Source of the DNA: Acidobacteriota bacterium
Lineage (GTDB): Bacteria > Acidobacteriota > UBA890 > WLXD01
DNA: 64,000 nucleotides
Assembly: GCA_963666215.2 (NCBI GenBank)
Contig: CAXWPL010000005.1
Location: 832,001-896,000 of the forward strand
Direction: 5' to 3'
Below the pieces are notes generated by a model that saw nothing but the letters and a program-made list of their open reading frames with translations, was not told where the DNA came from and ran no database searches. This document shows, one piece after another, positions 57,968 through 64,000 of this stretch (the stretch's first letter is position 1; each line of letters starts with the position of its first letter). The translations under genes were made by a program, and so were the position numbers.

Positions 57968-59185
57968 ATGGACCCGATGGACAGGATTGACAGGATGCGC
58001 GCGGCTCTGGCTCACTGGCTCCTCTCGCCGCTACAGGGAGTCACCCTCGGAAGTTGGCTCCGGCTGCTCGTTGACGTGCGCTTCGCGGTAGACGGGCGAT
58101 ACTGGCCCCGAGCCGGGCTCACGACACTCACGGCCGCCGCCAACTCCGTGCAGGCGCTCATCGAGCGCATCGTCCACGGCCGCGAGCTCGATCGACTGAA
58201 GTCGGCGACGGCCAAGCGCCCGGAAAACCGACGGGCCGAGTCGGAATCGGGGCGTCCCGAGCCATCACCGGTGTTCATTCTCGGCCACTACCGCAGCGGT
58301 ACGACTCACCTGCAGAACCTGTTCGCAACCGACCCGCGCTTGGCGCACCCCAACAGCTATCAGGCAACTTTCCCTCGGACGTTCCTGACCACCGAGTGGC
58401 TCGGCGCTCGCATCGGTGGCCACCTGACGATGCGCAAGCGACCACACGACGACGTCCGGCTCGATCTCCAGGTGCCCACCGAGGACGAGCTTGCTCTCTG
58501 CGCCGACACCTTCCTCTCACCCCACATGGGCTGGCATTTTCCGACCCTCGAGCAACGCTATCGTCGTTATCTGACGTTTCGCGACGCCTCGAGCTCCGAA
58601 CGCGCCCGATGGGTGGCTTCACTCCGCGCGTTCGCCGCCAAGCTCGCCTTCAAGTACGGCAGGCGAATCGTGTTCAAGTCGCCGTGCCACACGGCCCGCG
58701 TGCCACTGCTGCTGGAAGCCTTCCCCGAGGCTCGCTTTGTCCACATTCACCGCCACCCGCTCGAGGTCTTTCTGTCGACACGCAACATGGAGCTCAAGGT
58801 CGCGCCGCTCTTTCAATACCAGGTTGCCCAGCTCGGCGGCACCGAAGAGCTCGAGGCAGCCGCAGAGCTCGACGAGCGCATCCTGTGGCGCTACCGCGCC
58901 ATGTATGAGGCTTTCTTCGAGGACCGCCACCTCATCCGCGAGGGGCGGATCGTCGACCTCGCCTATCATGAGCTGAGCTCCGATCCGGTTGGCACGATGG
59001 CGAAGATCTACGAGTCGCTCGATCTGCCGTCATTGAACGACATCGAACCGCGGCTGCGACGCTACTTGGATTCGCTCGCCGGCTACCAAAAGAACGTCTA
59101 CGGACCGCTGCCGGCGACCACGCGGCAGCTCGTTCGTGAGCAGTGGGGCTTCACCTTCTCCGAGTGGGGATACGACGCGACATGA
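57968..59185 (+). CDS. Sulfotransferase (Stf3-like)
   Basis: FILGHYRSGTTHL (5'-PSB), KSPCHTAR, IHRHP..VFLS (3'-PB). Start uncertain. Confidence 0.85.
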   Translation: MDPMDRIDRMRAALAHWLLSPLQGVTLGSWLRLLVDVRFAVDGRYWPRAGLTTLTAAANSVQALIERIVHGRELDRLKSATAKRPENRRAESESGRPEPSPVFILGHYRSGTTHLQNLFATDPRLAHPNSYQATFPRTFLTTEWLGARIGGHLTMRKRPHDDVRLDLQVPTEDELALCADTFLSPHMGWHFPTLEQRYRRYLTFRDASSSERARWVASLRAFAAKLAFKYGRRIVFKSPCHTARVPLLLEAFPEARFVHIHRHPLEVFLSTRNMELKVAPLFQYQVAQLGGTEELEAAAELDERILWRYRAMYEAFFEDRHLIREGRIVDLAYHELSSDPVGTMAKIYESLDLPSLNDIEPRLRRYLDSLAGYQKNVYGPLPATTRQLVREQWGFTFSEWGYDAT

Positions 59186-59222
59186 CTGTTGGCGACAGCC
59201 ACCGGACAACCGAAAGTTGCAC

Positions 59223-60143
59223 ATGGAAATCACGAGTCGGCAGGTAGACATCATCGGCGTTCCAATCGACCTGGGGGCGGGACGACGCGGCGTCGACATG
59301 GGACCGTCGGCGATCCGCGTCGCTCGCGTACAGAAATGTCTCGAAGAGCTCGGGCACGAGGTTGAAGATCTGGGCGATATCACCGTGAGCATTCCCGAGA
59401 CCGAGTCCATCGGCTCCGAGCGGCTGCGCTTCATGGATCCCATTCTGGAGACCTGCCGCGACCTCATGGCCACGGTACGCGACAGTCTGGAAGCCGGTCG
59501 CTTGCCGTTGGTCCTCGGCGGCGACCACAGCATCTCGATCGGCTCGGTTGCTGGAGCCGCCACCCACCTGGCCGTCAACGATGAGCGGTTGGGGGTGCTG
59601 TAGATCGACGCCCATGGCGACTTCAACACGCCTCAGACAACGTCATCAGGAAACATCCACGGAATGTCGCTCGCCGTTTCCTGCAGCCTGGGCAACAACG
59701 AGCTCGTCGAGCTCGGCGAGATACAGCCCAAGGTGGACCCGGCCAACGTGGTTCTCGTCGGCGCACGCGACCTCGATGAGCGCGAAAAGGACAACATCCG
59801 CGACTCCAACATCACTGTCTACACCATGCGGGACATCGACGAGCGGGGCATGGGCGACGTGATGGAGGAGGCGATCGGCATCGTCAGCAACGGTGTGGCC
59901 GGCATCCATGTGTCGTTCGACCTCGACGTGGTCGACCCGGAGTTCGCGCCCGGCACCGGCACCCCGGTCCTCGGTGGCATTTCCTATCGCGAGGCGCACC
60001 TCGCCGCGGAGATGATGGGCGAGCGACGCGACATCGTCAGCATCGACCTCGTCGAGGTCAACCCTGTGCTCGATACCCGCAACCAGACTGCTCGGCTAGC
60101 GGCGGAGCTAGCCCAAGGGTTGCTGGGTAGGCGCATCATCTAG
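59223..60143 (+). CDS. rocF: Arginase; in-frame TAG at 59601-59603
   Basis: GVDMGPSAIR, GGDHS, GVL*IDAHGDFNT, SGNIHGM, SFDLDVVDP, VEVNP. Both ORF halves are in the same frame. Confidence 0.9.
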
Positions 60144-60179
60144 GTCGGTCTGACAGCCACGCCTAACACCGATTGTGGG

Positions 60180-61307
60180 CTACCGCGCGCTGGTGTCGTT
60201 GAGCAGCTCGTACACCCGCTGCACCGTTTGCAACGAGATCCCGGGTGCCGTGAGGTTGGGATAGCTCGCGACGTGGTCGGTCATGTCGACGGTGTTCGCG
60301 GCGTCCTCGGCGCTCGTGCCGGCAGCGTGCTCGGCTCCGATGCGAACCCAAGCATCGCGCAGGAAAGCCTGCAGCTGGTCAATGCGCTCGCGGTCGCCAA
60401 ACGCGCGCCCATGGCCCGGTAGCACCATGTCGAACTCGAGCGCCTTGAGCTCCTCGAGAGTGTCGGCCCACTCGTTCAAGTAACCGTCTCCAGCGTACGG
60501 CAGGCCGCCGGTCATCAGGTCGCCCGTCACCACGATGCGTTCGGCCGGCAAGTACACAACCACGTCGCCGCCCGTGTGCCCGCGACCGAAGAACAGCAGC
60601 TGGATCTCGCGATCGCCGCGATAGAGCCGCATGCGCTGTGCGAGCGTCGCGGTGGGAGCCACGGGAACCACCGAGTCGCTGGCAGTCTTGTAGTTGCGTG
60701 TGATCTCCAGGCGGCGCTCGAGCCGCTCGAGATCCTCTCCCGTCGCGGACTCGAGCCTGGCTTCGAGATCGGCGATCTGCTGCGGCAGCGTGCCGACGAA
60801 CGAGTCATAGGCGCGTCCACTCTTCGACCCCCCGCTCGTCAGCATCTCGCGTGTGAACTCGTGACCGATGATCTCGACGTCGTCGGCGAAAACCTGATTG
60901 CCGTGCGCGTGGTCGAAATGGAAGTGCGTGTTCACCACGGTGCGCACCGGCTTGTCGGTGATCGCTTCGAGCTCGTTGAGCAACGCCCACGCCGCGGCCG
61001 GCGTGATGTGCGAGTCGACGAGCAGCACATCCGACTCGTTGATGATCACCGCGCCATTCGACCCAACGGTGAGGTTGCCGGTGCCCATAACGTGATAGAC
61101 GTCGTCGGTGATCCGCTCGAAGGTGAACGCCTCGCCCTCGAAGCTGGCCCCCGGGGGCGGAGCGGCGGAAGTGGTCTCCGGAGACGGCGACGCCGGCTCG
61201 CCCTCTCCGCCGGCGCAACCGACGATTGGCAGGACGGCGGCGACGACGACCGCAAGCACGGCTTGGCGAAGGTGAACCTGCAACGGGGACCAGGTGGAAC
61301 GACCCAT
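60180..61307 (-). CDS. MBL-fold metallo-hydrolase, probable lipoprotein
   Basis: IVGC lipobox; THFHFDHAHGN, GHTGGD, TGD, PGHG. Confidence 0.88.
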   Translation of the reverse strand: MGRSTWSPLQVHLRQAVLAVVVAAVLPIVGCAGGEGEPASPSPETTSAAPPPGASFEGEAFTFERITDDVYHVMGTGNLTVGSNGAVIINESDVLLVDSHITPAAAWALLNELEAITDKPVRTVVNTHFHFDHAHGNQVFADDVEIIGHEFTREMLTSGGSKSGRAYDSFVGTLPQQIADLEARLESATGEDLERLERRLEITRNYKTASDSVVPVAPTATLAQRMRLYRGDREIQLLFFGRGHTGGDVVVYLPAERIVVTGDLMTGGLPYAGDGYLNEWADTLEELKALEFDMVLPGHGRAFGDRERIDQLQAFLRDAWVRIGAEHAAGTSAEDAANTVDMTDHVASYPNLTAPGISLQTVQRVYELLNDTSAR

Positions 61308-61544
61308 GGGCGGGCTCCGGTTTGTGTCGACTGAGCGGCGTGAGGGCAGAGAGTCTAGCCTCTCCAATGGCAGTCACAACCGGCAGCTCGGAGTTCTGAC
61401 GCCGTCCTCGACTCGCTGTTGGGAGCGGCGAATGCGCGCCACACGTTGTGGAGGCCGCTCTGCCCGCCTTTAATCCTTCTGCCACCCTCACCGCATCAGA
61501 ACCTGGGAGACGCTCGCTTGGGGTCCGACTCGGACAAGACTTCT

Positions 61545-62309
61545 GTGTCATCAGAATCGGCAAGACCGGCACGACTGCCGCGACTGGCGATCGTGCTCGC
61601 GACCACCGTGGTATTCGGTATGGCGGTGACGCTGGGGGCGGCACGAGCGGAACTGCTGTCGCCACTGGCCGCCTTCGGCATCGTTGTCGTCGCTCAAGGA
61701 GTCGGAGGATTCGTTACCGCGCTGGTGGGGTGCATCGCGCTGGCGCTCGAGCGCCGGGCCCGCCGGCCCTTCGACCCCAGACTCGTCGTCGCATCATGCA
61801 CAGGCGCGCTAGTCGTCGGCGTTCTCGTCCTTGCCGCAACCCGCGTATCCGGCCCGAGAATTCACGACATCACAACGAACCCTGCCGACCCACCGGTGTT
61901 CGTCGCCGCACTCGATCACCCCCACAACGCCGGGCGTGATCTGAGCTATCCGCATGGCGATGCAAGGACACCGCAGGAGCAGGCAATCGCCTACGGCGAC
62001 CTTCGCCCGATTCGTGTCGATCTCGAGGCTCGGGCCGCGTTCGCCGCGGCTCTCCGAGTCGCGCAGGCATGCGGCTGGAATATCGTCGCTCGCGACGAGC
62101 CCGCATTGCGCATCGAAGCCACCGACACCACGCGCTGGTTTCGATTTGTCGACGATGTCGTCATTCGCATCCGCCCGAGCGACAGCGGCGCTGTCGTCGA
62201 TCTACGGTCGACGTCGCGCGTCGGCCGGGGTGACATGGGCGCCAACGCGGCACGCATCCGTCGCTTCGCCGCGGCGCTCCTCGCCGACGGTTCAACCAGC
62301 GGCTGCTAG
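61545..62309 (+). CDS. DUF1499-domain membrane protein
   Basis: Three TM helices; IHDITT, FRFVDDVVIRI, RSTSRVGRGDMGANAARIR. Confidence 0.85.
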   Translation: MSSESARPARLPRLAIVLATTVVFGMAVTLGAARAELLSPLAAFGIVVVAQGVGGFVTALVGCIALALERRARRPFDPRLVVASCTGALVVGVLVLAATRVSGPRIHDITTNPADPPVFVAALDHPHNAGRDLSYPHGDARTPQEQAIAYGDLRPIRVDLEARAAFAAALRVAQACGWNIVARDEPALRIEATDTTRWFRFVDDVVIRIRPSDSGAVVDLRSTSRVGRGDMGANAARIRRFAAALLADGSTSGC

Positions 62310-63505
62310 TTGCTTCGGCTCCGAAAGAGCGCGATCGAGCTCGTGTAGCCATGCAGGAAGGTCCGGTCGTTGACCGGACCAATCTCGCCGCTGCAGAAGA
62401 AACCGCCGAGCGGCAGCTTGCCAAGATGCGCTTGGATCAAGCGGCTGTCGTGATCGGGCTCCCCGTAGAGATACTCGCCGCGGCCCAGGCAGGAAAACAT
62501 CAGGGCGCCCAGCGGCGGCTGCCGGTCCTCGGCGCCGGCATACCCGCGCAACAGGGCCTCGAGATCCTGACGGGAAGCGTCGGCGTCACGGACATGGAAC
62601 TGCACCACCTGCCCGGCCTCCACGACCTCGGCCACCGCGATGACCCCCGTCTCGCTATCAACCCCCACCAGGTTGCGAACGAGGAAATCCCCTTGGCTGT
62701 ATTCGGGCAGACCCTCCGTCATCACCACACCGAGAAAAAGCGAGGTTCTGACAAGCCGCCGGTCATGGCGCCCTAGCGACGAGAACAGCTCACCGAGCAG
62801 GTCGGTAGGCCTACGGCCATCGAGCTCGAGGATGCGGTTGCAGAAGGCCTTGGTGACGAAGAGCGGTCCTCCGACTGGCCGACATCCCTGCGCGACAATG
62901 GTGTCGACGTGAAGAGCACCCGAAAGCGCGACACCCACCGCACCCTCGCGGTACAGATCATCGCCGATGAAGAGTGCGTTCCCGCCCGGGGATTGACCGC
63001 CGCTCGCTAGCCCTCCGACCTTCGCTCCGCTCGGATACGCCTCATCCAGCGACGTGAGCAGCGAGCGTGGATCGCAGGAAAACGGATCGGGAAGCAGGAT
63101 GAAGTGAGTCGGGTCGCCGTCGTGTTCCCGGTCGGAGTCTTCGATCACCTCGCCCCACGTATCGGGTCGCTCGCTAACCGCCTCGACCGTGGCGCTGTCC
63201 ATATAGAAGGGTCGGATATCGACACCCGGCAGGACAGCCGCGGTGAGTGATAACGCTGGAGCGTGCTCGACCTCACGACCGGCGCCCACCACGCCGCCCC
63301 CGGAGCAGCCAATCAGCACCGCGCTCGGCACCGCCCGGCGCAGCATCCCGAGCACCTCCTCGTAGTCAGCCGCGTGATGTTCTGAGACGAAGACCAAGAC
63401 CAAGTCAGGCTCGATATCGCCAAGCTCGCTTTGCAGCTCGCGGCGAGCGCACTCCGCGGCTACCTCTACGATTGGCTCTTCGGAAAGCGCCGATGCCCAC
63501 CTCAT
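62306..63505 (-). CDS. FIST signal-transduction domain protein
   Basis: IGCSGGG, GGLASG, QGCRPVG, FSCLGRG, GFFCSGEIGP, HGYT. Confidence 0.9.
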   Translation of the reverse strand: MRWASALSEEPIVEVAAECARRELQSELGDIEPDLVLVFVSEHHAADYEEVLGMLRRAVPSAVLIGCSGGGVVGAGREVEHAPALSLTAAVLPGVDIRPFYMDSATVEAVSERPDTWGEVIEDSDREHDGDPTHFILLPDPFSCDPRSLLTSLDEAYPSGAKVGGLASGGQSPGGNALFIGDDLYREGAVGVALSGALHVDTIVAQGCRPVGGPLFVTKAFCNRILELDGRRPTDLLGELFSSLGRHDRRLVRTSLFLGVVMTEGLPEYSQGDFLVRNLVGVDSETGVIAVAEVVEAGQVVQFHVRDADASRQDLEALLRGYAGAEDRQPPLGALMFSCLGRGEYLYGEPDHDSRLIQAHLGKLPLGGFFCSGEIGPVNDRTFLHGYTSSIALFRSRSN

Positions 63506-63782
63506 TGGAGGCTCCCAGTCTGAGCTCAGGCGTGGATTCGCGCTATGTGCGGCTGTCGCGCACTTGCGCGACTTGCGGCGAGTCTAGCAGGCTGCCGTCT
63601 CGCCGCCCGACACTCCCCTGGCGTCGAGCGCTGCCGTTCCGCAGACTCCGTCTAGATGGTCCGTTGACACGCTGCGGCCGGCAGCCGCTGGTAAGATCCA
63701 GCGACGTTCCCGATCGATACCAACCGACTCTGCGCGCCTGACCTTTCCGGCGATACGCCGCCAACCCAGTCTCGAGCACAAC

Positions 63783-64000
63783 GTGGTCAACGCGATCCGA
63801 CGCTACCTACGACGACGACGCTATGGCGACGAGGTTGTAGTCGTCTCCGGCCTGCCGCGCTCCGGCACCTCGATGATGATGCGGATGCTCGACGCCGCTG
63901 GGTTGGAGATCCTTACCGACCACGAGCGGCGCGCCGACGAAGACAACCCGAAGGGCTACTACGAGCACGAGCGCGTCAAGGATCTGGAGAGCGAAGCCGA
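63783..64000 (+). CDS. Sulfotransferase-family protein (partial, runs off the right edge)
   Basis: Manual translation ...[17 protein letters not shown]...[15 protein letters not shown]. Confidence 0.8.
   Translation, partial: MVNAIRRYLRRRRYGDEVVVVSGLPRSGTSMMMRMLDAAGLEILTDHERRADEDNPKGYYEHERVKDLESEA

Noticed and set aside
12849-60143. Cyanophycinase, arginase, OCD and GDH as one arginine-catabolic cluster
   Set aside because: The genes are scattered over 47 kb in unrelated operons, and the OCD-family protein looks more like AlaDH.
1-64000. Genome-wide reassignment of TAG
   Set aside because: Many genes end at TAG at their expected C-termini (e.g. LytTR 2031, both GT2 genes, mscL, shc, arginase).

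Overview
High-GC bacterial DNA, densely coding. The gene repertoire (BlaI/M56-HEAT, VPS10/BNR protein, hopanoid genes) is compatible with an Acidobacteriota-like organism, but that is inference only. No rRNA, tRNA or CRISPR array was seen. The main feature is a ~17 kb triterpenoid locus (40350-57638). Its minus-strand operon is shc-hpnH-hpnA'-hpnG-idi2-hmgR(class I)-mvk-mevalonate (mono)phosphate decarboxylase-isopentenyl phosphate kinase-squalene synthase, so hopanoid synthesis is wired to a haloarchaeal/Chloroflexi-type alternative mevalonate route. It converges on an RND/MMPL + periplasmic binding protein + helical lipoprotein trio resembling the BstABC sterol transport system. hpnA carries a complete IS481 (6-bp TSD) plus an internal deletion, and shc has an in-frame TAG. 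Other modules: (i) LytS/LytTR pair with a beta-helix membrane protein and an ABC exporter whose permease is fused to an amidohydrolase; (ii) BlaI + M56-HEAT sensor + exported HEAT protein with three visible operators; (iii) a membrane/osmotic stress island (MscS-FHA, pseudokinase, BolA, Kbp, MscL, ECF sigma, TM-helix proteins) with three copies of a candidate ECF promoter. About nine frame lesions (indels, amber stops) are spread across the window, so sequencing or assembly error must be considered for every pseudogene call.
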